DNA of 64,000 nucleotides from Marsupella aquatica (lineage: Eukaryota > Plantae > Marchantiophyta): positions 8,867,875 to 8,931,874 of the forward strand of contig OZ316891.1 of NCBI GenBank assembly GCA_973895155.1, given 5' to 3'. Both the position numbers and the translations under genes were made by a program. The notes below the pieces were generated by a model. That model saw only the letters and a program-made list of their open reading frames with translations, ran no database searches and was not told where the DNA came from. Shown piece after piece: positions 38,561 to 51,119 of this stretch. Positions within the stretch are counted from its first letter, which is position 1, and each line of letters starts with the position of its first letter.

Positions 38561-39119
38561 GGCATCGATTGGTGTCCTTGGACGCAATGGATTCAATTCG
38601 TAGTATTACGGATGGCGCTGTCGAGAACAGTGAGGTGGATATTTGGTGCGTATGCAGCATATTCGGGTTTAGGGTTTAAATCGGTCTATATCCCCTTGAA
38701 CAAGTGATTCTACCGAGCTCTGAGGATGGCCATTCTGCTTGGCTAGCTACTATAATAACAACTAGCCTGATTACCCATTCCGGGGATTTTTTATATCCCC
38801 TTCATCTTTGCCCCCGTCGACCCGGATTCCATTATCCCATTAGAGTGGGGGTCTAGGAGATTTCATCCTAGACAGTAGCTCTGAACAATGCTTTATTAAT
38901 TAAATGTACCACGTTTCGGAGGAGGGGTGCGGGTGTTCGTTTTTAAAAATCACTTTTGGGTGGAAGCAATTTTGGCTGTTTGATCAAAAATGAAGTAAAA
39001 GATTTTTCATGAAGATCTTGGAGCGAGAAAAAGGCGTAGGGTAACCCATCCCCAAGAGGGTATAGTGGGCTGTAATCCTTGAGGGCACTGAGCCAGGGAT
39101 TACGGCCATTATCCCCAAG

Positions 39120-39345
39120 TGGCACACAACAAAGACAACAGCAAAGTCCATATTTGATTATGTGGTATAAAGCATACAGCAAATGCAATGACTAGCAACG
39201 TCCATAATTTGTACCGGCATACAGCAAATACAACAGCATAGTCCATATTTGACTCTGTGGTATAAAACATACAGCACATACAACAAATAGCAACGTCCAT
39301 AATTTACACTGGCATACAGCAAATACAATAGCAACGTCCATAATA
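39120..39345. repeat. Short tandem repeat (catacagcaaatacaa.agcaacgtccataattt)
   Basis: About 5 imperfect ~40-bp units. Confidence 0.7.
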
Positions 39346-40054
39346 GTAAGGGATTAAAATCTGGCCACTGACGAGAGCTTGAGCTTTGTGCTGTTCCTGT
39401 AACCTCAGTTTCGATTCACGCGACTCCATTCCAAAGTCCAATGGACAAAACTTGTCTGTTCCTTCTTCTGGACACATCAGAATCGTCAGCATTCACTGTT
39501 GGATTTTTTATGGGCACTGGATCCTTTGAAATTTGTCAGAGGCTCTCACATGGGCTTCCGTTGGAAGATTCTTGATTTGAGAAGCTAGGCCCGGCTACAG
39601 TAGTTTCGCTATAGACAGTCCACAGTCAAGACGGCATCTGTGTGAGGTTGTCCACGCGTCTGTGTCTACTCCCAAAAGGACGAAGCTAAGGGCCTGAAAT
39701 GCAAGGTTCCTAATGCTGTGATCCATACTGTTCCATCTTCATCCGGCACGTGGTCACTTAAGTTGAGAATGCTCAGATTCTTCTAAGAGAGTTTTTTACA
39801 TTAGAACTTCTATCAGATTTCTACTGTTCACTGCTTGTCAGGGTGAGGAAGGTAAAAGATATTAATAGCAAGGAATGGCAAGCAAAAGGTGACAGCAGAT
39901 GATAGTGGCTTTGCAAAACTGTTCAACCAGCTTCGTCTCATTTTCAGCAGTGAACCATAGTGTCATGCCCACACACGTGCTGATTCGAACTCTGTTGGCC
40001 CCGGTTTGGACTTGCCCGGCAAATAGGCCGTTTTAAGGCCGTCAACCCGCAAAC

Positions 40055-40445
40055 CGACACCCGGACTCTCCCGGTCGGCATCATCCGGTCCCGGCCCAAG
40101 TACATCCTCCGGTCCCGGCCTGAATAGAAGTCCCGGTCCTGACCCGGCTCCGGACCCTATTCCCTCCCAGCCCCGGACCCTAAACCACCCCCGGCCCGGA
40201 CCCCGGACCCTTCACCCTCCTGACCCTGGACCATTCATCCTCCCGGCCCCGAACCCTAAACCCCCCTCCCCGGACCCCGGACCCTTCACCCTCCCGGCCC
40301 CGGACCCTTCACCCTCCTCCACCCGGACCCTAAACCCCTCCCGCCCGGACCCTAAAGCCCCCGGCCCCGGACCCTAAAGCCCCCGGCCCCGGACCCTTCA
40401 CCCTCCCGACCCGGACCCTAAAGCCCCCCTGCCCCGTCCCGGGCC
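40055..40445. repeat. GC-rich, C-skewed tandem repeat (cccggaccctaaa / cccggacccttca)
   Basis: More than 12 copies of ccggaccc, several followed by the telomere-like CCCTAAA. Confidence 0.9.
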
Positions 40446-40549
40446 CACCATGAGGCCGCGCGCGAGGGGAGGCAGCCGCCGGGGGGGTTGGGCTCGGCCG
40501 CCCGGAAAATGGCTCGCGAGGTGGGGGAAGGGGGGCAGACTGGGACCGG

Positions 40550-40646
40550 GCCTATAAAGTGAGGAGCTCTCCTCACTTTTTCTCATTCTCTCTCTTCTTC
40601 TCTAACTTTGGCTTGGCTCTCTTGCAGGAAAGGCCGTTGGTGAGTG
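40550..40646 (+). promoter_or_regulatory. Putative Pol II core promoter and non-coding first exon
   Basis: CTATAAAG at ~40552 after a CpG-rich island, then a CT-rich Y-patch and a GTGAGT donor at ~40640 followed by a T-rich intron. Confidence 0.55.
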
Positions 40647-41261
40647 TTTCTTGCTTTTCTTCATGTTTTGTTTACTTTTGACTTTAGTTGCCTTGTTTTT
40701 TAGTGTTTTTTTTCAATGCTATGCTTTGCCTTGCATATATGACTTTAATATTTTTAGTTTTAATTTGGAGGGGTATTATGGTTCTCACGTATGCGCATGC
40801 TTGGAGCTTATGCTTGGCGTGTGGTATTTCGTATGAGAGAACCTAATATCGCCTTAACAGTTTAGTGTCATTTGTGAGTTGAGTGGACAATTTGCTAGGA
40901 TAGGGATTTTCATGTACGCATGCTTGGAGTTTCCGCTCGGCGTGTGGTACTCTGCATGGATATCTCGATTCCTTGTAAATATTTTCACAAAATTTACAAA
41001 TGATATCTAAACTATAGGTTTCACATAGATTGGAGTAGGAATGTAACAATTTGAAGGAAAAGACAACTTTTGTGCGCATGCTTGGAGTTTCGGCTCGGCG
41101 TGTGGTATTTCACATAGTTGTCTTTCCCCTTCATCATTGTTACTTTCAAAGTACTAAATAAAAATGAATAAAAATGAATAAAAAATAGAACAAATATTAA
41201 GATTATATTGTTTGGGTATTATTGGTACCCACACAAAGTGTAAAATGACATTTCAGGATTC

Positions 41262-42996
41262 TTGATCCAGCTTCATTGTACTTGCATCATCCATACCCTC
41301 GGCAAGCAGCCAACACACTCCATAAGCGCCTATTCTTTGTCCTACAACTTGTTGTGGTTACTTGAGAACATGGTCGCTGCACATGTGAGTGTAGAGTATA
41401 TGAAACTTTTTGAGGCAATGAAGACCATGCTAAACGAGGGATACCAACCAGATCCTCATGCCTTCAATGCCCTAAGAAATGCTCACAAAACCTTAGAAAT
41501 TTGTAAACATGGCAAAACCTTAGGGAAACGGAAACACAGAGGAGGAGCAGTTGGTGTTGCATTAAAAGAAAGAAGGCAACATGTGTTAGTTTGGAAAAAG
41601 ATTCTATATCCCCACACTTTGCCAGCATAGTATCAGCAGGATGGCTTTGAGAGAAAATATGTCATGCATGGAGCAGAGGGTTACAAAAACCTTTTAAATG
41701 ACATGGGGCGTTGCATGCATGAGACTGTGGAGAAAGAAGAAGACATGACCCAAGATGATTGTTGCCTTAATAAGTGATTTTGATAAGCCGGGTGGATATG
41801 TTGAACATTTGGCGTTGAACTTTGCGGTAAATCTTTGGGACAAGTTGGAAACCAATTTGGATGAGACTAGGGCCATCATGCTTGGAGTTCCTAGGCTATA
41901 CACACATAGAAGAGATTTGCTAGAAAAATGAAGCAAAGAGTTAGCAATGGCCAAATCGGAGAGTAATGTCAAATATGCGAGCAAGGTCGTGCAGTTTGGA
42001 GAGATTGGCATGGAAGTTGCAGATAGAGGAACGCGTCCATCACAAGTTCTTCCCATGGTCAGGAGTATTCATTTCTTGAGGAGGGAGCACGTATAAAATT
42101 TGCATCGCATTGGAAGCGGTATCCAAGGACATGTGTTCATATGTCGTATATTGGATTGCCCATTGATTCCTCGAAATGTAACACTAGTTGCAAAACGATT
42201 CAAGGATGGAGATCGACACAAAAGACGAACAGATGCTTTACAAGAAGTGCTAATGGGAGGGTTGAATCACAAAGGAATCATTGGAGCCTTGGCAATGACC
42301 ATCGAAGATCCATCCAAACTTATCTATGATCATTACAATGGAGGTGACTTGGAAAGCTTCATAGATAAGTGTGGGAAATGGAGTAAGAGCAAAGGAAAAT
42401 CACAATCTACTTCTGAAGTCGATGTCACATTCATATCCGAAAAGAAACTTTTTTTGGAACATCGTTTGGGGATTGCTATGGCCTTATTGGAGACCTTGCA
42501 ATACTTGCATGCACATGACCGTTTCCATTGTGACCTTCACTTTGGAAATATCCTTCTTCATTTTGATCACGAGGATGATGTGGCAATCAGAGTTTATGTT
42601 GGAATATGTGATTTTAGGTTGTCCAAACACAAATCACAATGCACATTATCACATAATTGAATATGGCCCACCCCAGCAGAGAAAGTTGTGGCCCATCAGA
42701 AATAATATCCTCAATTGGCGCCTAAGTTAGTTTGACCTGATCCAACAGAGTACAGCCAAGCAACTGATATATATGCTTTGGGCAATGTCTTTGAAACATT
42801 ACTTACAAAAAATTGGGATGGAATGGGCCCAATGACACGATATTTGAATAGGGGTTGGAATGCTAGAGAGCATGGTCCAAAATTAGAGAGTATGATACGT
42901 GACATGATGGCCACTGATGTTAGCAAAAGAATGGATTGCATTCATTGGAGTTTGATAATGATGAGGATATTCCAAGATTGTAGATTAGTATACTAG
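41262..42996 (+). pseudogene. Intronless divergent protein kinase pseudogene with a long N-terminal region
   Basis: IGSGIQGHVF (Gly loop), VAKRF, HCDLHFGNILL, ICDFRLS (DFG mutated), LAPKL (APE mutated), TDIYALG. In-frame stops at 42658 and ~42734. Confidence 0.8.
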
Positions 42997-45048
42997 CACA
43001 ATAGTCCTTATCTTAGAGATTAAGGAATGCATAGTTTCTTCAAGAATGACAATGAGACATGACATGAACTATCATCTATTTAATCATGTCATATGACTTT
43101 AAATATTTTTCTCCTTTGCTTCATTGTGTATTATTATGATTTTTACCTTGATGGTTAAATGTTGAATGAATGCTAAATATGTTTATGTCATTGTAGATCT
43201 TGCAAGTATGGGAAAATGGGAATTGGAATTTGATGAAGAGGAGAAAACGTGTACAAAGGATGGGTATGCCCAGGATTTACACGACTATGTTATGGAAGAG
43301 TACGCTGCAATAGATTCTCAACCCACGAATGAGGACATGAGAATGAGTAGCAACCATGCAAAGCAAAGCAAAACCAAAATGGAAAAGGACACCAAAGATG
43401 TTGAATGGAATATCACAATGCCAAATGTGAAACCTCCTCACAATGATTGGCCCATAACGCCAAAGAATTGCAGATATTGGTGCCGCATGTGGAGTTCCAC
43501 AAATTTATGAAAATCATTTTTGATGATGAAAATTTGTGGTCCACAAGGTCCTGGTTGTAAGAGAAGTACACCATGTCGAAGGTCACACATGTGGAGATTG
43601 GGAAGCATTGGCAACAATAATTTCAAGAGTATGCTCCAAAAAAGGCGCAGGGCAAAATGAGTTTGGTTTATCCACCATTTCTCAGACTCCTAATTGTTGA
43701 ATTCATCCTCAACTGGAAGGTGGATTATCGTTGGGAAACGGAAGAGGGTAAGATGGCTCACAATGTGCATACGTCTGTCTTGGATTTACAGGGAATTAAG
43801 AAGAGTTCTATTGTAAAACATATCTCGGCACAAGCAACCAACAAAGGGTCCAAAAGAAAGATAGATGATACGCAAGACATTCATGTGCATCAAAAAGATA
43901 AGCCGACTGCATTGGAATGACTCTTCACTAAATCTGAAAATTACGGTGCAACAAAACATATGGAAAAAAAATCAAACATTTCAGCTGCCTCTACAAGTAA
44001 CAATCACTAGAAGAAAACAGGGCCCTTTATGACCAATCACCCAATGACAGAGATGAATAAATGACCAAAATTTCTAATGACACAAAAAGAATGACAGAGG
44101 AATGACTGTCCACAATGACCAATAGACTGAAATGACAAAATGTTAACTTTTGCGTCATTTTGTATAATGTCTGTAATGACTGATGCGACCAAAGGTCAAA
44201 AGCAAGCTAGAGGGGTACCAAAGGAGGCCCCAAGGACTAGGGGAAATGACTTCATGTCCAAGGACTTCCAAGGCTCATGTGTGGCCAGGATTACACAATC
44301 TTGAAGTGACTAAGGACTTTTCAATAATCATTATTCCATCACTAATGCGTGACTCAAGGGGTAGCCATTATGAGCTTAAGCCGTCATTTTCGTGCCCATG
44401 TGAACAAGATCTAGTTTAAGACAAGCATCCTTCTCCCATTTTGAATTTTGAACGCGACTTTTAATTTATGAAAGGCCACCTGACAAGCTGTGGGGCCAAC
44501 TTGTTGCTTTCGCGTGATGTCCTTCACAGGAGTCACCTCCTTTGACACGGCTTTCCCGGCGTGGTGGGGGTACTTGGTGCATGTTGGCTAAGCCACATTT
44601 AATTTTTTTGTCTCTTTTGGGCCCTATTGAAGGTCACTGCGCGCGAACTGCTCTCACTTGGTCACTTTTGGATTCTCTCGTCATTCTTTCCAAACACTTA
44701 GATGATTTTGAATCCCGCATTTGGAGGTGAGGCGCACCAGCTCCACCAAACTACTCTCGGCAATTTTGCATCCCATTGCGCATCACATTTGATTAGCCCA
44801 AATCCCACTACTGACGATCCTGGAGGTTGGAGGTGAGGCACGCGCGGTCAGAGAGTGCAAGACTTGGTGCGCAATTTGGTGGCCAAATTCAGGGGATTGA
44901 TTCGAGGCGGGGGTGAATAACTTCTGCTCCTTTTCCAATTTCTTGGTCACCTTTGCCATTCAATGTTGAAGCTAAATCTGTAGGTTAAACCACGCTCCTT
45001 TACTTTGGTGGATTGTTGATTTGTATGTGTACTCAGGACTAAGTTACG

Positions 45049-47476
45049 ATGGGTGTTGTGCCTCTTGACCTTGATGGACTTTCAAAAGATGTCGCTAATG
45101 CAATAGACCATATAGAGGCGCCGCAGGTTAGAGATGTACCTATAGTTGTTGGGGGTGCCACACATGCTGTTTCAGTAGAACCCCGCATGTCAAGTCGGAA
45201 GAGCGAGAAGAGTGTGCAGGATTGGGATCCTACTGAATTCCAGAGAGACCCGACATATTTTGCTGTCACCTTTGGACTCCCCAATGTCGGTGAAAATCCT
45301 TATAAGATAAGTGATGTTAGTGACCAAGATTTGAGTACATGTTTTGGAGAGAAAACGCGCAGTGGTTATAGATTAAATAGCTCAATTGGCATCCCCATTG
45401 CAGACTTGTTGCATCTATCCCAAGTCGTTGATGGCTACGATAAACTGGTCAATGGACTTCTGGCTCATACCTTTGTGAAAGGCGCTTATGTTGAGCATAC
45501 GTGTTCTTGGCCGAAAAGTCAATTGGGCCGCATATGCATCGTCAAAGCTAAAGGGGCAGATAATCCAGTGGGAGAGAGAGGGAAAGGGTAGGCCAGACGG
45601 GCCTCCTTGTGTTAGGAAGCCCCATCTTTACAAGAGTCCTGTGTCAATAGAGACTGCCCCGCAGTCTAAGAGCAAACCAAATCAGCAGATGCCTCCAAGG
45701 AGTTTGAATTGTCTCTTTGGGATAATGTAGCCAATGATAAGACTCCGGGGGTTGGATTGGTCAATGAGGAACTTACCACCCTGTGTAAGGCTATTGTCTG
45801 TGATGTCCCAAAGGTGCCCTTTTATCAAGCTGAGCCTACCGGACTTCTACTATCCATGCTTGACTCAGAAATTTTGTCTACAAAGTGCCAAAAACATGAG
45901 GCTCTGCTAGACGCTGCCAAGGTTGAAGCCAGTTTGAAGGCCCTAGATGCAGCTGAACGGGATCACCCAACAACCGTGGAAAAGCTTAATGAGCAGTTGA
46001 GATCTATGGAACAAGAACAAGATCAATTGCAGGAGATGGTAGACTCTACAGACAAGGAAGTCGATGACATCATTTTAGACCTCGAGCTAGAGGCCAACAA
46101 GGAAGATGAGGGCTCTGGGAATGAGGTATATTCACCCTACCTTGCAGGGGAATCATTCATAGTCTTTCATTCCCTAATTATTTTGCATCATCAGAAAGAA
46201 TTATGGAGTGTATTAGTCTAGCATTGTTGTACTCTTACAAATTTGAATTGTTTCCGATGGTTACAAGGCATTGAGTTCAATACTCTCTTGGAAACCCGAC
46301 TTAAAAACTCAAGAGCCAAAATTGCTGAGTTCAAGGGCCGCCAAGAGACCATCGGGAGGGATATGGTGAAGGTGACCGAGATCATTGCAGCCAAGCAGAA
46401 GCAGTTTGAAGCATCATCAGGGATGGTGTCCCAATTGAAAAAAGTGGCTGTAGCTGTGGATGCAGACTTGAAGGAGCTTAACTTGGCGGAGGAAGCACAA
46501 AAGTCTGAATATGCAACTCTGGAGGGGGTATTGCATAATCCCTGTCCAACCTTGAGGCCGACCTTTGTTGCAACACTTACTTCTCCAGTGTCAACCCAAG
46601 TTCTGTTATCAAGTTGTCCCGTTTGTTGCAATGGTTATCATTGCTGCAATTGGATCCCAGCATCCTGTGGGCACACATATCATCCGAGTTGTCTTTTTTC
46701 TTTGATTGGTGATTCAAAGGATACTCCTAAGTGTGAAGCTTGTGGGCTACCATTTTCTGATGATTGGTTACGAACGTGGGGCTTACCCACACACGGAGAA
46801 CAGAGGCGAGTAAGTTACATAGATCACATGAAAAGAGTGTACTATGGGGAAAAGAGTGTACTATGGGGCGCCAAGTATTGATCTTTTCAGTAGGAGACAA
46901 GTCGTACAACAAATCCAAACTGTGCATGAACAGGTATGGAAAATGAGACAAGTGATGCATGCATTATCAATTCCTTTGTTGTTGTCTGCACTTAATTGGA
47001 TAGTCCAAGTGGTTGTTCCAATTTTAAAGTCTCCAATAGTGTACTGACCCTCTATACTATTACATGTGTGCATTCAGGCAAACCTCCAAGCTGAAGGTGA
47101 AACGTTGCTACTTGCTTTGGAGGCGGCTCCCATGTCACAAAAGCTGGGAAACAAGTCTGGGAAAGATGATAACCAGGATGGCGAGTCTACAGGGAGGCTT
47201 TTGACACCCAAAACTGAGGGTCGGGAATTGGGGAAAAGAACGAGGGCTTTGGAATCATCTAGGAAGGTGCTAAGTAGACCTTTGACGACTCCAGAGCTAC
47301 TCACAATGCCGTTTAGCCCAGAGTCCATGTCTCAGGTTTCCTCCAGGCAAATGTTAGACCTACTTGGAGTTGGCCATGGACATCCAGTTGTACCACAAAT
47401 ACTCGATTTCAAAGGCCCTCCTAAATCCTCTGCACCGCCAGCCAGTTCCAGAAAGAGATTGTGGCTTCCTTCTTGA
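45049..47476 (+). pseudogene. Second gene of the Sola2-like element: coiled-coil plus RING-H2-like finger; frameshifted, probably spliced
   Basis: ORF chain 45049-45591, 45488-45730, 45709-46221, 46243-46881, 47066-47476. Heptad E/K/Q/L-rich segments, then CPVC..SCGHTYHPSC..KCEAC (C3H2C3). Further possible exons at 48534-49129. Confidence 0.65.
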
Positions 47477-47944
47477 ACGTGGACTAAGAAGCTGGCAATG
47501 GTCCACTCTGATTGACTGTGATCAAATAATTTGATACATCCATGATGCATTTGTTGCATGGCCGAATTTGTTGTCAGTGTAATTTGTAGACTTTGTTACT
47601 GAATCAGATTTTTGCATGTGTTGTTTCTTGGTGCAGGCAAGTAGAGGCCGGCGCAATACCCTTTTCTGATCGGATGGAGGATCAAGTTGGAAAGGTAAAT
47701 CTGATTTCCATTTCTTTTAGATCAATCGGTACTTCTTGCTGGATGAACATTAGTCATGCTATAGATAAATTAGTTCGAGTCCTTGCTGTGAAGGATGGTT
47801 GATAGCGGAAGTTCTTGGCCAAGGACTGACAATTCTTGGATTGGAACTTGCAGTCATTTCACCCAGTCTTTCACCAAGTGAGTCGATACTGTCCTTGTCA
47901 AAGCTAGCACTCATTGCAATCACTCCCACTAGTGCACACTAGTC

Positions 47945-48400
47945 TCCAAGGACTACGGAAATATCCTCTCCAAGGACTAGTTCTCCTTCCCAAGGACATG
48001 CGGTCCTTTGACAAGGACATGCAGTCCTTTTCCAAGGACTCTCGGTCCTTATCTAAGGACAAAGGTCCTCTTGCAAGGACTCCACTCGGACATCATCATT
48101 CCTTTAGGAAGGACTTTCGGTCCTTCTCCAAGGACTTCAGGTCCTTGAGTCCAAGGACTTGGGTCCTTTCAAGGACTTTTGGGTCCTTCTCCAAGGACTT
48201 AAGGTCCTTGAGTCGAAGGACATGGGTCCTTTCAAGGACTTTTGGGTCCTTTCAAGGACTTTTGGGTCCTTTCAAGGACTTTTGGGTCCTTCTCCAAGGA
48301 CTTCCCTCCTTCAAGTCCTTGTCCAACTACTTCTTGTCCTTCTTCAAGGACTTGCGCTCAAGGACCAGGACTCATCTCCTCAAGCCTGGTCCTTCACCAA
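47945..48400. repeat. AAGGACT/AGTCCTT repeat array
   Basis: Many caaggactttt.ggtcctt units forming local palindromes. Confidence 0.85.
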
Positions 48401-50195
48401 GGAGGCAGCAACTGTTCATTAATTTCTTTGCTTGCATGCCTTCTGCTCTTTGTTGTTCTGTAGGGATATAAATAGCTAGCTGCAATAACTATGGGTCTGT
48501 CTGACCTCACTACATATTCTAAGATCCTTTTGTTTGATACAGTTGCAGATGGACAAGCAAGGCTCATTTTGCACTCTCAACAAGGCAAAGATTGAGAAAA
48601 TGTGGGGCCTCTATGCGGGATCTTATGTTTATGAAGGCTGTGGTCTGTTGCTGAAAGATGGCCGACCTTGTGCATTGGGGAAGCACAAACGCAAACTCAG
48701 GAGGCATAATCTTGAGTCTCCACTGGGTCCTCACTCTAGGGGGAGGAGCATGCTTGTTGTGAAGACGGGAGTGGTACATACATGTACTGTTTTGCTATCC
48801 AAGTGGGTGATCTTGTCATCCAAGTAAATGAAGCTCATGGGTCAAAGTTGATGGGGGTTTCAGGGCAAACCTTCAAGGATTCATACAGTAGCGATGAGCA
48901 GAAGAAAAAAGAAATTTTTGAACAGGCGATGACTTTGCTGTGGACTATCACCTATGTCAAGGATGAGTCTTGTGGGGATGTGGTTCGGGCTGTAGGATTT
49001 GAACAGCATCCATCTGAATCAGATGGAGTGACAGAGGAGTCAAAGCCCAGGCCGAAGTGGATGAAACTGTATGAGGATTTTTCAGCTGACATAGTGGACA
49101 CTTTAAAGTCATTTCGCATCTCTAACTAGGAGTTAGCATACAACAATTGAAGCAGGGAGGCAGAAAGCCTGTTCAAAGCTAAATCTGTATAGAAAGCTAA
49201 TTTAGAGGGACGGGACGGTGCTATTTTGTAGTTTTGGGAAACTACACGCGCGCTTGTAGTACTTGAGTTTGATATCAATGTTTACTTTGTACATGATCTA
49301 TGAAGATCTTTTGCTTTTGAATAAAGCTGGCAGTTTCGTGACATATGTGTTTTTGTCCTTTCATGTAGGTCCTTGTGAGGGAAGTCTAAAGGACGTTTAT
49401 CGATTGTTATTTTCTGTGTTGGTAGTTTGTTTGGTAGCAAAACTTTGCAAAAGCAGACCATGGAATTTGAAGGACTCGGCAGAGTTCTCAACATAGCATA
49501 TATGACTTGGTGGACAGTTGGACGACTCCATTGGATTGGGAGGCTGGGAGGGGGTCAAAAATATATTGGCAACTCTGAACTGATTCTTGATTGCAGCTGC
49601 AGACTGTGCCTCTTCTCATGTGGAGCCAAAAGTGTGCTTTCCAGACTTTGAATCATGAACTCATGTAGTAATTGCCACGGATGATTTGATCCAGATAGTC
49701 AAGTCACTGGAACTTGATCGATAAATAAGTTTGAGTCACTGGAACTTGATCTGGTGGCAAATCTTAAGTAAGGCTGCAACTTGAAACATTTTGTTGTCTA
49801 TATATCAAGTTATGTCTAGTATGAATATGAAATGGTTGTGCAAACCGATGGTGCTGCCGTCCTTAGTTATTGTTGATCGGAAATGAGAAAATGATAATAA
49901 ATACTTTACAGGCGTTTAGAGATTGAAGTTTGCTTTGTGGAGTTCAAGGCCACATGGGGAAATAAAGTTTGCTTGTAGATACAGGGCTATGCTACAGGCT
50001 CGGCGGATAAGAATGGTGCTCTGTCTAATTCGGAGGGTTAAGACAAATTCTGATTGGAATGTAGTTGTCATTTTTTTTGACAGAATTGGTACACAACATA
50101 GTCCAGAATTGTGTGCGAGATTGAGTTTCAATCCAAAATAGCAATCAGTCACTGCTTTATAGCTCTTTACTTCCTGACATCATATGTATATACAA

Positions 50196-50543
50196 GGTCA
50201 ATTGCAAGATTGAGGGGGGCAAAAGGACGCAAAAAAGGATTAGCTCAAAAAGGAGAGAAAAATGACTCAAAGATCATAAAGATTTAGTTGAACACCACTT
50301 CCATAAAGGTTGGACACACTTCCAAAATTGTTGTGCACACTTCCAAGAAGATTGAGACTTCCTACAAGCCTGGACACACTTCCAAAGACTTGGCATGCAA
50401 GATCTCACCATCCAATCTCAACAAACTAATCCTAGCCATTTGGTGTAACACCTTGTCCACCCCTTGTAAATTGGGAAGGACTGGAATCCTTTTGGTGGAG
50501 AAATTGGAGATCCTTTTTGCCCCCCTCAAGCTTGCAATTGACC
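50196..50543. mobile_element. 348-bp MITE of the Sola2-like family nested in the large element
   Basis: TIR GGTCAATTGCAAG(A/C)TTGAGGGGGGCAAAA. 4-bp TSD ACAA on both sides. Subterminal cttttggtggagaaa.tggagatcctttt is shared with 57750-57778. Confidence 0.9.
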
Positions 50544-51119
50544 ACAACAGCCACGGTGGGCTTCACCCTCAGAGTTTTTAGCTGCCTCTCCAACTTGCAC
50601 CTTGCATAACCTTCCGTGCTGACAGAGCCTGCTCTTGGGTAAAACCAATGAACAATGAAATGATTCTAAACTAACTTAACACTAATTCAATCGCAATCCT
50701 GGGCAAGGAATGCAATGAATACTCTCATGTACATGTCATGAGAGAAACTCATAATAGCCTTCTATCTGTTGTAGAATGTCCCATGGTTGAATTGCCAACA
50801 CCCTTGGAAACTGTACCCTACAGGGAAAATCCAAAATTAGGTAAGATCCTCTACGAGTAACATCCAAAATTATTGCAAGCACTATTTACTCTAAACTGCA
50901 GGTACTATTAATTTCCACTTATTGTGTGGAAAAACTGATGGAAAAATTGGGCTAAAAGGTAATAAAGGTTGAATACAAACTGAAGTCGATTCAAAAGCAT
51001 TGCAGGCACCACTGACAGAATTTCACACAGAAAACTCTTATTAAAACTCTTCCCTTATTACATGAGATGATCATAAGATGACCACTTCATAAAAATTATG
51101 AAGGGATTTGTAGGGACAA

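Noticed and set aside
39304-39960. Coding-like minus-strand stretch containing LDFG
   Set aside because: No other kinase motifs could be placed in frame; too decayed to call.
47914-48471. 185-aa ORF (SFSKD repeats)
   Set aside because: Translation of the AAGGACT repeat array.
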